The position numbers were made by a program, and so were the translations under genes. 64,000 nt of DNA from Trueperaceae bacterium (GTDB lineage Bacteria; Deinococcota; Deinococci; Deinococcales; Trueperaceae), in contig OZ243956.1 of NCBI GenBank assembly GCA_965214405.1, positions 3,968,001 through 4,032,000 on the forward strand, read 5' to 3'. How positions within the stretch are numbered: the first letter of the stretch is position 1; every line of letters begins with the position of its first letter. Below the pieces are notes generated by a model. It did not search any database and was not told where the DNA came from. It saw nothing but the letters and a program-made list of their open reading frames with translations. Positions 37,624-47,183 of this stretch are shown here, in pieces.

Positions 37624-38820
37624 ATGCTTCTTCAAAATATCCGCACCGCCTTTGAAGCGCTCGTCGGCAACCGCCTGCGCTCCGTTCTGACGCTCTTAGG
37701 CGTCGTCATCGGGGTGTTCGCCGTGGTCACGACCATCAGCATGGGGGCGATTGCCACCGCGGGCATTACCGACCAGTTGCAGAGCTTCGGGTCGCAGTCG
37801 CTTTTTGTGATTATCGACCAGGACAACCCGCAGGCGGAGCCCTTTACCGACGACGATATCGAGGCGCTGTCGCGGCTGCCCATCGACATTTTGCAGCAGC
37901 AGTCGGTGCGCGGCACGGCGCGCTTTGGCGAGGAAGAAACGATCTTTACCGTGAACGGCACCACCGCCAACGCGGTCGAGGTGGACCGCTCTTTAGAACT
38001 CGACGAAGGGCGCTATTTTAGCGTGGGCGACGCGCGGCGGGCCTCACCCGTCATCGTGCTCTCCGCCGACGCCGCGGAGGGACTTTTTGACGATAACGAG
38101 GACCCCATCGGCAAAGAAGTCAGCGTGACGGTGGGCGGCTCGAGAAGCTTCTACACCGTTATTGGGGTAAAAGAACGCATCAGCGGCGCGCTGGGCGCGT
38201 TTGCGAACGACTCGAGCGGCGACACGCCCTTAGAAACGTTTTATCTTAACTATCCTTCGGTGCCCAGGGGCGAGTACGAGTTTTTCCCCATCACCATTTC
38301 GTTGGACCGCAACGTCCAGGACATCGAGGGCCAGGTGCGCGCGATTCTCGACCGTCGCCGCGGGGCGGACACCTACACGGTTCAGACCATCGAGGGCGCG
38401 CTAAGTCTTTTCAACACCATCACCGTAATTTTGCAGGTGGTGCTGGGCGGCATCGGCGCGATTAGCTTGCTCGTCGGCGGCATCGGCATCCTCAACATCA
38501 TGCTCGTGTCGGTTACCGAGCGCACCCGCGAAATCGGTTTGCGCAAGGCGTTAGGCGCAAAAAAAGGCACCATTTTGCAACAGTTTCTTATCGAGGCGGT
38601 GGTGCTGACGGTGGTGGGCGGGCTCATCGGGCTGGCGCTGGCGATCGGCAGCCTCTACCTCATCGTGGCGCTCGTGCCCTTTGTCGACACGGTGGTCTTG
38701 AACCCCATAACGATTTTGTTGGCGTTTTTCGTGAGCGTGGCGACGGGGGTGATTTTCGGGGTGTGGCCCGCGAGCCGCGCGGCCAATTTGAGCCCGATTG
38801 AGGCGTTGCGGTATGAGTAG
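37624..38820 (+). CDS. ABC transporter permease (MacB/FtsX-like)
   Basis: RSVLTLLGVVIG, GGIGILNIMLVSVTERTREIG, PIEALRYE. Confidence 0.94.
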   Translation: MLLQNIRTAFEALVGNRLRSVLTLLGVVIGVFAVVTTISMGAIATAGITDQLQSFGSQSLFVIIDQDNPQAEPFTDDDIEALSRLPIDILQQQSVRGTARFGEEETIFTVNGTTANAVEVDRSLELDEGRYFSVGDARRASPVIVLSADAAEGLFDDNEDPIGKEVSVTVGGSRSFYTVIGVKERISGALGAFANDSSGDTPLETFYLNYPSVPRGEYEFFPITISLDRNVQDIEGQVRAILDRRRGADTYTVQTIEGALSLFNTITVILQVVLGGIGAISLLVGGIGILNIMLVSVTERTREIGLRKALGAKKGTILQQFLIEAVVLTVVGGLIGLALAIGSLYLIVALVPFVDTVVLNPITILLAFFVSVATGVIFGVWPASRAANLSPIEALRYE

Positions 38821-38861
38821 GGCGGGAGTGCAACGACGTTTGGGCATGTTAAACTGCTCCT

Positions 38862-39080
38862 ATGCGGACGGTTAAAGCCACGATTGATGAACAAGGCAGG
38901 GTGGAACTGCTTGAGCCCATTACGTTGAGCGATAAACGCCAAGCCTTGGTGACGATTCTCGAGGACGAACCCACGCAAGCAGAGCGACCTTTCGGGCTTT
39001 GTAAGGGTGAATTTAGCGTGCCAGATGATTTTGATGCGCCTCTGCCCGACGCTGTTTTAGACAGTTTTGAGCGTGCGTGA
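38862..39080 (+). CDS. Antitoxin of a VapBC-type module
   Basis: RPFGLCKGEFSVPDDFDAPLP C-terminus; overlaps the PIN gene. Confidence 0.78.
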   Translation: MRTVKATIDEQGRVELLEPITLSDKRQALVTILEDEPTQAERPFGLCKGEFSVPDDFDAPLPDAVLDSFERA

Positions 39081-39466
39081 AAATCCTTTTGGACACGCAC
39101 GTTTTTCTGTGGTACATCAGCGGAGATGAGCGCCTGCCGACAACCATCTTGAACGCCGTGCGCGATCCTAACCATGAAGTGTACTTGAGCGTTGTTTCCA
39201 TCTGGGAATCAATCATCAAGTACCAGTTGGGCAAACTGCCCTTACCGTCCTCTCCAGAAGTTTATTTACCCTCACAACGCAGGCGACATCTCATCCATAG
39301 CTTGAGCGTCGATGAAATGAGCGTGACAGAGCTCATCAAGTTACCTCCCCATCACCGTGACCCTTTCGACCGTTTGTTAATCTGCCAAGCAATGAAGAAT
39401 GACATGATTTTGGCTACAGTTGACGATGTTTTACAGAGTTATCCAGTTAGAACGCTGCAAGCGTGA
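39077..39466 (+). CDS. vapC: PIN-domain toxin
   Basis: LLDTHVFLW, SIWE, HRDPFDRLL. Confidence 0.9.
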   Translation: MKILLDTHVFLWYISGDERLPTTILNAVRDPNHEVYLSVVSIWESIIKYQLGKLPLPSSPEVYLPSQRRRHLIHSLSVDEMSVTELIKLPPHHRDPFDRLLICQAMKNDMILATVDDVLQSYPVRTLQA

Positions 39467-39517
39467 AGTCTGGCTTTGGGTAATTTTAGTGGAGGTGAGC
39501 TTTAGGTTAACAAAGAC

Positions 39518-40647
39518 CTCAGTACACGACAGATTTGAAATAAAGGGCTCTCCAGTGAAGAATGGATGTTGCGAGACACCACTTCAAGGGAGAGCATATG
39601 AAGCATACCGGGTTGCTGGCACAGTTGAAAGCGAGCGGCTTAAAGCTGCACCCGTCACGGCTTAAGTTCTTGAGCTTGTTGATGATCGCGATGGTGCAGG
39701 CAAAGACGGTGAACTTGGCGACGTTGGTAGGCATGATGGAGGGCAGAGCCCAGCCGGACTCGCTTTACAGACGGGCGCAACGGTTTTTCCAAGGCTTGCA
39801 CTTGGCCGATGAGACAGTTTTCAGGTACGCGCTGAGTCTAGGTCCCAAGCGAAGCTACAGCCTGTGCCTAGACCGGACGAACTGGAAGTTTGGCAAACTC
39901 GACATCAACATCTTGACCCTGGCTTATGCGCATGAGGGCGTAGCGGTTCCCTTACTGTGGTGTCTTTTGCCCAAGGCTGGCAACTCCGCCACGCAAGAAC
40001 GCATTACGCTTTTGGAGCGTTTGCTAAAACTTTTGCCCGTAGACCAGCTAGAGGTGCTGCTAGCCGATAGGGAGTTCATCGGGGGCGACTGGTTCGCTTA
40101 TCTTGAGCGTAAGCACATCCCTTTCGTTATCCGCGTGCGTAAAGACGCTCTCGGTGATGGCTGGTTTCATCTGTTCGGCTTTTTCCAGCATCTACCTGTG
40201 GGTGAGCACAAGGTACTTAAACAGCGCTACACTGTCTTTGGTGTTGAGCTTGGGGTTGCAGGCGCGCGTTTAGAGGGTGGAGAATACATCATCGTCGTCA
40301 CCAACCGCAATCCTAAGCAGGCCCTCGCAAGCTACGCGAAGCGCTGGCAGATAGAATGCTTGTTCAAAGCCTTGAAAAGCAGCGGCTTTGACTTTGAAGC
40401 TACGCATCTCAAGCACCTAGAGCGCATTAACACCTTACTTGTCGTTGTGACCCTGGCTTTCTTATGGGCCTTGAAAGTCGGAGCATTTGTTCACCGTCAG
40501 CTCAAACCTGTTCGAATGAAGTCGCACGGGCGCAAGCAGAAGTCTTTATTCCGGGCAGGCTTAGACCATCTCAGGCATCTGCTCACCAACTCGGCAACCA
40601 AAAAGCCTGACCTGGACCGCTGTTTTCGGCTTTTGTCGTGTACTTAG
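39518..40647 (+). mobile_element. IS4-family insertion sequence, 1130 bp, copy 2
   Basis: Same IRs as copy 1; 9-bp TSD AACAAAGAC at 39509-39517 and 40648-40656. Confidence 0.93.
39562..40647 (+). CDS. IS4-family DDE transposase
   Basis: Protein identical to that of 6694-7779. Confidence 0.92.
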   Translation: MDVARHHFKGEHMKHTGLLAQLKASGLKLHPSRLKFLSLLMIAMVQAKTVNLATLVGMMEGRAQPDSLYRRAQRFFQGLHLADETVFRYALSLGPKRSYSLCLDRTNWKFGKLDINILTLAYAHEGVAVPLLWCLLPKAGNSATQERITLLERLLKLLPVDQLEVLLADREFIGGDWFAYLERKHIPFVIRVRKDALGDGWFHLFGFFQHLPVGEHKVLKQRYTVFGVELGVAGARLEGGEYIIVVTNRNPKQALASYAKRWQIECLFKALKSSGFDFEATHLKHLERINTLLVVVTLAFLWALKVGAFVHRQLKPVRMKSHGRKQKSLFRAGLDHLRHLLTNSATKKPDLDRCFRLLSCT

Positions 40648-40676
40648 AACAAAGACAATATAACCTCGTTCATAAG

Positions 40677-40895
40677 TCATATGCTGTTAAAAGCTGCTAG
40701 CCACGCACCTAAATCTGACCGGGGAAGGTCTTGCTCTTCATTAAGTTGGGTTTGCAAATCGTCAACGCTGCGGCTGAGCAAGACTGCTTCATCATCCACA
40801 AAAACTTGCCCCCACGCGTCGCTCCACACCTCTAGGTCGAGGACGATGTGCGTCTTTTTCCCCTCGTCATTGACCAGATAACTTACGCCTTTCAT
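40677..40895 (-). CDS. Small hypothetical protein, possibly antitoxin-like
   Basis: MKGVSYLVNDEGKKTHIVLDL; TACACT-6 nt-ATG start. Confidence 0.55.
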   Translation of the reverse strand: MKGVSYLVNDEGKKTHIVLDLEVWSDAWGQVFVDDEAVLLSRSVDDLQTQLNEEQDLPRSDLGAWLAAFNSI

Positions 40896-40985
40896 GGCTT
40901 TAGTGTAGCAGGTGCGTCCAGTATAGCGGGTATGTTTAGTGATGTATTTGGGGTCGAGCCTCCAACGTTTCTCTGGCTCGGTTAG

Positions 40986-41354
40986 TTAACCTGAGACTTC
41001 ACGCACGTTTGTTCCAAGGGCGTCACTAATTTCTACCAATCTATCGCCAGCCGAAAGAGCGTTTATCGCATCCTCGAGTGTCTTGCTTAACACCTTACGC
41101 AGGTAGGTGTTCGAGGTGTTGCCGCAGGTTATCCAAATGAGCTTGGGCGGCGCGCCGAGGTGAGCTTGTAAACGGACAAAGTCTTCATCTTTGGTCACGA
41201 TGACGGCGTTTGCCCCACGGGCGGCGTAGAAAATCTCTTCGTCCTCGGCTTCATCTAGGTTTAGATACTCGAGCGAGTACGCCTCTATCTTGAACTGCGC
41301 CTTTATCCAAGGGGCAAGGTGAGGGGAAAGCTGCGCGTCCAGCCAGAGCGTCAA
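40986..41354 (-). CDS. DUF5615 PIN-like toxin
   Basis: WLDAQLS, D.EI, IVTKDEDF, PPKLIW..CGN. Confidence 0.85.
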   Translation of the reverse strand: MTLWLDAQLSPHLAPWIKAQFKIEAYSLEYLNLDEAEDEEIFYAARGANAVIVTKDEDFVRLQAHLGAPPKLIWITCGNTSNTYLRKVLSKTLEDAINALSAGDRLVEISDALGTNVREVSG

Positions 41355-41581
41355 GCGGCGAGCACGACGTGGTCGACTTGGTCCCTGGCGTACTTTAGCG
41401 CGGCCAAGACGTCCTCGCGCTCGAGCTTGGGGAACTCTCCCAAAACGTCATCAACACTGAGACCATTGGCGAGCAGGTCCAAAATGTCAATCACGCGAAT
41501 GCGCATCCCGCGAATACAGGGTCTGCCGCCGCACTGCTTGGGATTGACGGTAATGCGGTCGGTTATATAGGTGGCGTTCAT
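41351..41581 (-). CDS. DUF433 antitoxin
   Basis: RIT.NP..CGGRPCIRGMRIRV, LEREDV.AAL.YA. Confidence 0.9.
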   Translation of the reverse strand: MNATYITDRITVNPKQCGGRPCIRGMRIRVIDILDLLANGLSVDDVLGEFPKLEREDVLAALKYARDQVDHVVLAA

Positions 41582-41700
41582 AAAGAAAGTATAGATGAAA
41601 TACGGCAAAGGCGTAGAAGGGAGTTTGGTGGACAAATGCTCATTAGGTCAAAAATGTCCCGACTCACCCCCTTATGCTAGACTGAAAAAGGAGGTAAAAA

Positions 41701-42195
41701 ATGACGAAGCAGCTACGCTGTGTGCTCCTCGCGCTCCTCCTGTTGCCTCTTGCTTACGCGCAGCAGAGCGGCGGGACGGGAGGCGCTCCGGAAGACGCGG
41801 GGAGCGCGGAAGGCCTCATCGTCGTGAGGAGCGCGCACCCCTTTGACGAGACTCGGTCGCGGCTCGAGGCTGCGCTAAGGGAAAACGACCTCACCATCAT
41901 CGACAGAATCGACCACAGCAGGAATGCCTCACAGGCGGGGCTCGGGCTTTTGCCCACGCTGCTCATCGTGTTCGGCAACCCCGCGGCGGGCACGCCGCTC
42001 ATGCAAGCCGAGCGCACGGTCGCCATCGATTTGCCCCAAAAGATGCTCGTTTATCAAGACAACGACGGCGTGTTTGTCGCTTACAACGACCCCCTGTACC
42101 TGGCTGAACGCCACCACCTCACGGGCGTCAACACCATTTTGGAGAACGTCGCGGCTACGCTCCAAAAAGTTGCCACCGCCGCCACCGCGCCCTAG
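41701..42195 (+). CDS. DUF302-family exported protein
   Basis: Signal peptide, IDH, FGNP..GTPLM, DLPQK. Confidence 0.88.
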   Translation: MTKQLRCVLLALLLLPLAYAQQSGGTGGAPEDAGSAEGLIVVRSAHPFDETRSRLEAALRENDLTIIDRIDHSRNASQAGLGLLPTLLIVFGNPAAGTPLMQAERTVAIDLPQKMLVYQDNDGVFVAYNDPLYLAERHHLTGVNTILENVAATLQKVATAATAP

Positions 42196-42258
42196 ACCGC
42201 CACATTTAAGCCGGGTTTTTACCGTTTCTCCCGCTCCACCCTGGTACAGTAAGGCACA

Positions 42259-42978
42259 GTGCCCCGCGTCGACCCCCGCATCAGCGGCTACTTAGTCCAC
42301 GGCTACACCGCCTCCACGCTCATTTTCGTGGCGCTGGCGACGCAGTGGATTTTGGAGGGTCACTACCGCGCCGCGCTTCTGGCAATGGCGGTGACCATCA
42401 TTATTGACGCGACCGACGGCGCATTGGCGCGTAAATACCGCGTGACCGAGACGGCGGCGGGCATCGACGGGAGCACGCTCGACAACATCGTGGACTTTTT
42501 GTCCTACGTGTTTTTGCCGATGCTCTTTGCGCTTCAGACGGGGCTTTTTTTAGCGCCCACCACGCTGTTTATCACCTTTGTCATGTTTGCGAGCGCGTTC
42601 GGGTTTTCGCGCACGACCGCCAAACTTGCCAGCGCGGGGTTTTTCGTCGGCTTTCCGTCGTACTGGAACATCGTGGTGTTTTACCTCTTTTTGCTCTCGA
42701 GCCCACCCCTACTCAACACGCTTCTGGTCGTGGCGCTCGCGTTGTTGGTCTTTATTCCCGTGCGCTTTCTCTACGTGAGCCGCCTGCGGCGCTCGCGCCT
42801 GCTGCATTTCGGCCTCAGCGCCGTGTGGGGGTTGGGCTGCCTTGTTGCGCTCTTTTTGGACGCAGGAGGTTTGAGAAACGCGTTCCTCTACGTGTCGCTC
42901 GTGTATCCCGTTTTCTATACGGCGCACTCCATTCTTTTGGACGTGCGCGACCGCCAGGAACGCGCGGTGCTTCACTAG
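42259..42978 (+). CDS. Phosphatidylcholine synthase-like CDP-alcohol phosphatidyltransferase
   Basis: VHGYTAS, DATDGALAR...DGSTLDNIVDFLSYV, FVGFPSYWN. Confidence 0.8.
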   Translation: MPRVDPRISGYLVHGYTASTLIFVALATQWILEGHYRAALLAMAVTIIIDATDGALARKYRVTETAAGIDGSTLDNIVDFLSYVFLPMLFALQTGLFLAPTTLFITFVMFASAFGFSRTTAKLASAGFFVGFPSYWNIVVFYLFLLSSPPLLNTLLVVALALLVFIPVRFLYVSRLRRSRLLHFGLSAVWGLGCLVALFLDAGGLRNAFLYVSLVYPVFYTAHSILLDVRDRQERAVLH

Positions 42979-42987
42979 CCTGCTCAA

Positions 42988-43833
42988 CTAACCTGCCAGC
43001 GCGTCCAGCGCCGCCCGCCGCATGACCTCCACGGGCGCGTCCTGTCCCGTCCAGAGCCTGAACGCTTCCGCGCCCTGGTAGATGAGCATCGGTAGACCGT
43101 TTTGCGTCCTCAGCCCCACCGCCTCGGCGTCTCTGAGGAGCCGCGTTCTCTGCGGGCGGTAGACGATGTCGCAGACGAAGCCCCGGTAGGGCAGCCCCCC
43201 AGGTAGCGGCGAGGTGTCGGGGTCATGTCCGCCGCGCGCCATCCCGACAGACGTGGTGTTGATGAGCGCGTTCGCGCCGCGTACCCGCGCATCCAAGCTG
43301 TGAGGCTCGAGCACCTCCACCCCGCCGAGGGGGGAAAACGCGTCCACCAAGGCTTGCGCCCTCTCCGGTGTGCGGTTGTAAACACTTAACTCCGCTACTC
43401 CCGCCGTGAGCAGCGCGTAGACGACCGCTCGAGCCGCCCCCCCCGCGCCGAGCACCATTACGCGTTTGTTAAGGGGTTCGAAGTCGGCCTCTTGCAGCGC
43501 CCGCAAAAACCCGGCGGCGTCGGTGTTGTGACCCACCAGCCGCCCGCCGTCTCTGACGCCGTTCTTCACAACCGTATTGACCGCGCCGATGGCCGCCGCC
43601 GCGTCACTTAGCGCGTCGAGCAGCGGCACCACCGCCTGTTTGTGCGGCACCGTGACGTTGGCCCCGAGGATGTTTTGTTCTCGCAGGCTCGAGACCCTCT
43701 CCGCCAGCGCCGCCGGGGGCACGTCGTGCGCTTCATAGGTGATATTAAGCCCCAGATGTTCGAACGCTGCGTTGTGCATCGCCGGGCTCAGCGAGTGGCC
43801 CGCGGGATGGGCGAGCAGGAGAACGCGCGTCAC
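42988..43833 (-). CDS. aroE: Shikimate dehydrogenase
   Basis: HSLSP.MHN, NVTVPHK, GAVNT, NTD, GAGGAAR. Confidence 0.95.
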   Translation of the reverse strand: MTRVLLLAHPAGHSLSPAMHNAAFEHLGLNITYEAHDVPPAALAERVSSLREQNILGANVTVPHKQAVVPLLDALSDAAAAIGAVNTVVKNGVRDGGRLVGHNTDAAGFLRALQEADFEPLNKRVMVLGAGGAARAVVYALLTAGVAELSVYNRTPERAQALVDAFSPLGGVEVLEPHSLDARVRGANALINTTSVGMARGGHDPDTSPLPGGLPYRGFVCDIVYRPQRTRLLRDAEAVGLRTQNGLPMLIYQGAEAFRLWTGQDAPVEVMRRAALDALAG

Positions 43834-44858
43834 GCTACGGCGTGACGCACCTCGAGCGCCCGCTGCGTCACGCGCACGGCGTCCTCGATATCTTCATCAC
43901 TTATTTCGTAATGCGTCACGAGGCGGATGGTGCGCGGCCCCAGCGCGTTACAGAGCACGCCCGCGTCTTTCATTGACGCCGCCAGCGCGGGCGCGTCCGC
44001 CACGCTGAAATAGACCATATTGGTTTGCACCGTCCGCAGGTCGAGCGTGACGCCGGGAAGCGCCGCGAGCCTTTCCGCCAACCTTTTCGCCCTCACGTGG
44101 TCCTCGCCCAGACGGCCCACCATCGTTTCCAGCGCCACCAGCCCCGCCGCCGCCAGCACCCCCGCCTGCCGCATCCCGCCGCCCAAGAGCTTGCGGTAGC
44201 GGTGCGCCCGCTTGATGAAGTCCTTTGACCCCAACAGCACCGTGCCCGCGGGCGCGGCGAGGCCTTTGCTGAGGCACAAGGAGGCCGAATCGAAGGGCTC
44301 ACAGAGTTCGGCGATGGAAACGCCCAGGGCGGCGGCGGCGTTAAAGGCTCGAGCCCCGTCCAAATGAAGCGGCAAACCCTCCTCGCGGGCGAGCCGCCCT
44401 ATCTCATGGCACCTCTCTAAAGGCACGACCGTGCCGCCCGCGTGGTTGTGCGTGTTCTCCAGGATGATAAGCCCCGGCGGCGCGGCGTGGACGCTCCGGC
44501 GAATCGCGCCCCGGATGGCGTCGGGCTCAGGCACACCCAGGGGCGCAGGCACGGGACGCGGCACGAGGCCGCTCACCACCGCGAGCCCGCCCAGTTCGTA
44601 CTCGTAAATGTGCGCGCCCTCGGGCATGAGCACTTCCTGACCGCGGTCGGTGTGGGCCGCCAAGCCCGCCGAATTGCTCATGGTGCCCGTGGGCATAAGC
44701 AGCCCCGCCTCGAAACCCGCCATCTCGGCCAAGGTTTCCTGCAAACGGTTGACGGTCGGGTCTTCCCCGTAGACGTCATCGCCGACTTCGGCGCTAGCCA
44801 TCGCCTGGCGCATGGCGGGGGTGGGTTGGGTGACGGTGTCGGAACGAAGGTCAATCAT
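43830..44858 (-). CDS. ltaE: Low-specificity L-threonine aldolase
   Basis: [37 protein letters not shown]. Confidence 0.94.
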   Translation of the reverse strand: MIDLRSDTVTQPTPAMRQAMASAEVGDDVYGEDPTVNRLQETLAEMAGFEAGLLMPTGTMSNSAGLAAHTDRGQEVLMPEGAHIYEYELGGLAVVSGLVPRPVPAPLGVPEPDAIRGAIRRSVHAAPPGLIILENTHNHAGGTVVPLERCHEIGRLAREEGLPLHLDGARAFNAAAALGVSIAELCEPFDSASLCLSKGLAAPAGTVLLGSKDFIKRAHRYRKLLGGGMRQAGVLAAAGLVALETMVGRLGEDHVRAKRLAERLAALPGVTLDLRTVQTNMVYFSVADAPALAASMKDAGVLCNALGPRTIRLVTHYEISDEDIEDAVRVTQRALEVRHAVA

Positions 44859-45033
44859 GGGTTTAGTTTACAGGACGCTGCGCGGCTGCGTTCGTACTCA
44901 AGCGCGCTCACATCATTATTCTCAAGTTCCTTGTACTCAAAACTTTATTTAGAAGCTGCGCTGATAAAAAGTCAACCCAAACAAGTGCAAAAAGTGATAC
45001 AGCAAACCCCCTGGTTGTTTCTATGATGCGAAA

Positions 45034-45759
45034 ATGAAACGCTTTGCGCTTCCCTTACTGGTTTTTATCATCTTCACCACCGCTCACGCGCAGCCGACAA
45101 GAGCGGCAACACTCCAAGGCGTCTTTACGCCATCACCATCTGTTCAACTACCCACCGATTTAGTTGTTGACACACTTGATTATGGGGAACGAGCGGTCAT
45201 AGAGGTGCGCTCGCCGACAGCTAACAACTTAACTGGAGGTGAACAGTTTCAGCTTGTCTTACCTGAACCTATGGCGGAGACGGCGCTTTTCCCAGGCTTG
45301 AATTTAGAAGTGCTTCTGAACCCCCTACAATGGTTGGACAGCACAGCACCAGAACGTTGTCACGAACTTATGAAGCCACGACATGTTCCGATGTCTTTTA
45401 TAGAAGGCATCCGATTAAAGCGAATCGAAAAGCCTACACCTCATTTGGCAGTACAACAATCTCCCAACCTTGTGAGTCTTCAAGATCCTTATCTTCGCGG
45501 TACGGAGCAACCGGAATATATTCTACACCGTATTTACGCGGCTCGAGAAGTGAAGATGCAGGGAACATGTGTTGACGCACTCGAGTACCACAAGGGCGAT
45601 ATAGACATCTCTTACAGCGTCTTAATGGATTTTGATTTGGTTCTCGAGCCTGGTTGGAACATTGTAAAAGTGACAATTGCCCACGCAGACTCAGCAAGTT
45701 CAAAAGTTACCTATCGCGTTCTTGACGAGGTGCCCGAAGACGCAGTTTGGTCTTTCTGA
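45034..45759 (+). CDS. Exported hypothetical protein, lower GC
   Basis: Signal peptide ending AHA-Q; L..GWN motif near the C-terminus. Confidence 0.65.
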   Translation: MKRFALPLLVFIIFTTAHAQPTRAATLQGVFTPSPSVQLPTDLVVDTLDYGERAVIEVRSPTANNLTGGEQFQLVLPEPMAETALFPGLNLEVLLNPLQWLDSTAPERCHELMKPRHVPMSFIEGIRLKRIEKPTPHLAVQQSPNLVSLQDPYLRGTEQPEYILHRIYAAREVKMQGTCVDALEYHKGDIDISYSVLMDFDLVLEPGWNIVKVTIAHADSASSKVTYRVLDEVPEDAVWSF

Positions 45760-45802
45760 GAACTCATCTGTATGTTTACGAAGGGGAGCCCAGATAAAGC
45801 TG

Positions 45803-46927
45803 TTACTCTCTGCGAGGCGGCAGCGCCCCCTCCCCAAACACCTGCGCGACGAGCGGGTAAATGGCGTCGGGGCCTAGATCCTCGCCCAGATAGCTCTCGG
45901 AGCCGCGCCAGAGTTCGTAGTGGGGGTGGGGGTCGTCTTGAGTAGCGGACACGCCCTCGATGGTGCCCGAGTTACCCGCGAAGCCGACCACCTGGCCCTG
46001 GGTCACGCGCGCGCCCACCACAAGGGTGTCGGGAATGTTGGACAGGTGCGCGTAGCGCGACACGAAGCCGCCGGGGTGCTGTATCCAGACCTGGCGACCG
46101 CGCAGCTCGTCGAGCGTGCTCTGGGGGGTGACGACCTGATTTCTGGCGTCGCTGATAAGGCCGTCATATTCTTCTCTAGTCATTTCAACGTAATCGTGGT
46201 CGGCGCGGCTTATCGCGCCGTCAGCGGTGGCGACGACGGGCGTGCCGTAGGTGATGGGCACGCTCACGACGCCGCTATAGAAGTCAAAGCCCTCGTGGTA
46301 GCCGTTGCGGTAGGCGCGCCTCGAGCCCGGCAGGTGCGTGTCTCTTGAAGAAAACGTCGCCCCCTCGACGGGCGGCACAAAGCCGCTCGGCCAGCTCGGG
46401 TTAAAGGGTTTGTCGGCTAAGTTTTCTAAAATGGGTAGCACGCTCGAGCGCCGCATCTCGCCATCTTCCGCCGCGTAGTCGAGCGCCGCTTTGTCTTCAT
46501 TGTTGCGCAGCGTGGGGTCGGCGCCCGCTTGGAGGAGTTCTAGGGGCACGTCCGGATTCGGATTGTCGCGGACGGCGGTCATAAGCGCGGTCCAGCCGGT
46601 GGTGGTCTGGGCGTTGACGTCGGCCCCGGCCTCGAGTAAGCCCTCAATCACCTTGGGGTCCGTGTTCGCGCCCGCGGCGTAGATGAGCGGTGTTTGGCCG
46701 TTCTCGTCGGTGGCGTTGACGTCGGCCCCCGCCGCTAGGCTCGTCTCGACCTCGTCTAAGCCGCTCGTTTGGACCACATTAAAAAACTCTTGGGCGGCGC
46801 GCGCCTCGCGGGATTGGCGGCCTAAGTTGCCAAAGTCAACCTGCACCACGCCGAGACCCCAGAGAACCGCTACAGCACCTATAAGGAGAACAATAGCCGC
46901 CGTCACGGCCACGGTAAACGTACGCAT
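45803..46927 (-). CDS. Ankyrin-repeat plus M23 peptidase, membrane anchored
   Basis: GQTPL.YAA and GWTAL ankyrin repeats; HEGFD, YAHL, HPH motifs of M23. Confidence 0.85.
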   Translation of the reverse strand: MRTFTVAVTAAIVLLIGAVAVLWGLGVVQVDFGNLGRQSREARAAQEFFNVVQTSGLDEVETSLAAGADVNATDENGQTPLIYAAGANTDPKVIEGLLEAGADVNAQTTTGWTALMTAVRDNPNPDVPLELLQAGADPTLRNNEDKAALDYAAEDGEMRRSSVLPILENLADKPFNPSWPSGFVPPVEGATFSSRDTHLPGSRRAYRNGYHEGFDFYSGVVSVPITYGTPVVATADGAISRADHDYVEMTREEYDGLISDARNQVVTPQSTLDELRGRQVWIQHPGGFVSRYAHLSNIPDTLVVGARVTQGQVVGFAGNSGTIEGVSATQDDPHPHYELWRGSESYLGEDLGPDAIYPLVAQVFGEGALPPRRE

Positions 46928-47183
46928 AGGGTTACTCTACCGCGTGTTCGGAGCTTTTTGAACCTTGGGGGTGAGGTTTAGAGCGGCTGTACGCTTTTTT
47001 ACATCCTACAGTATCCAACTACAGGTATCCAATCCTGCGCTTCCGGCTCGAGCACGGCGGCTGTGACTGCGGGCACCGTTTCAGCTTCTAAGTCCTGCCC
47101 GTTTCCCGCCCGTTGGTGTAGACTCCTCTAACAAGCTTTGAGAGGCTGACGACGGGCGAAGAGAGACGGGTGAAGGGGGACCG

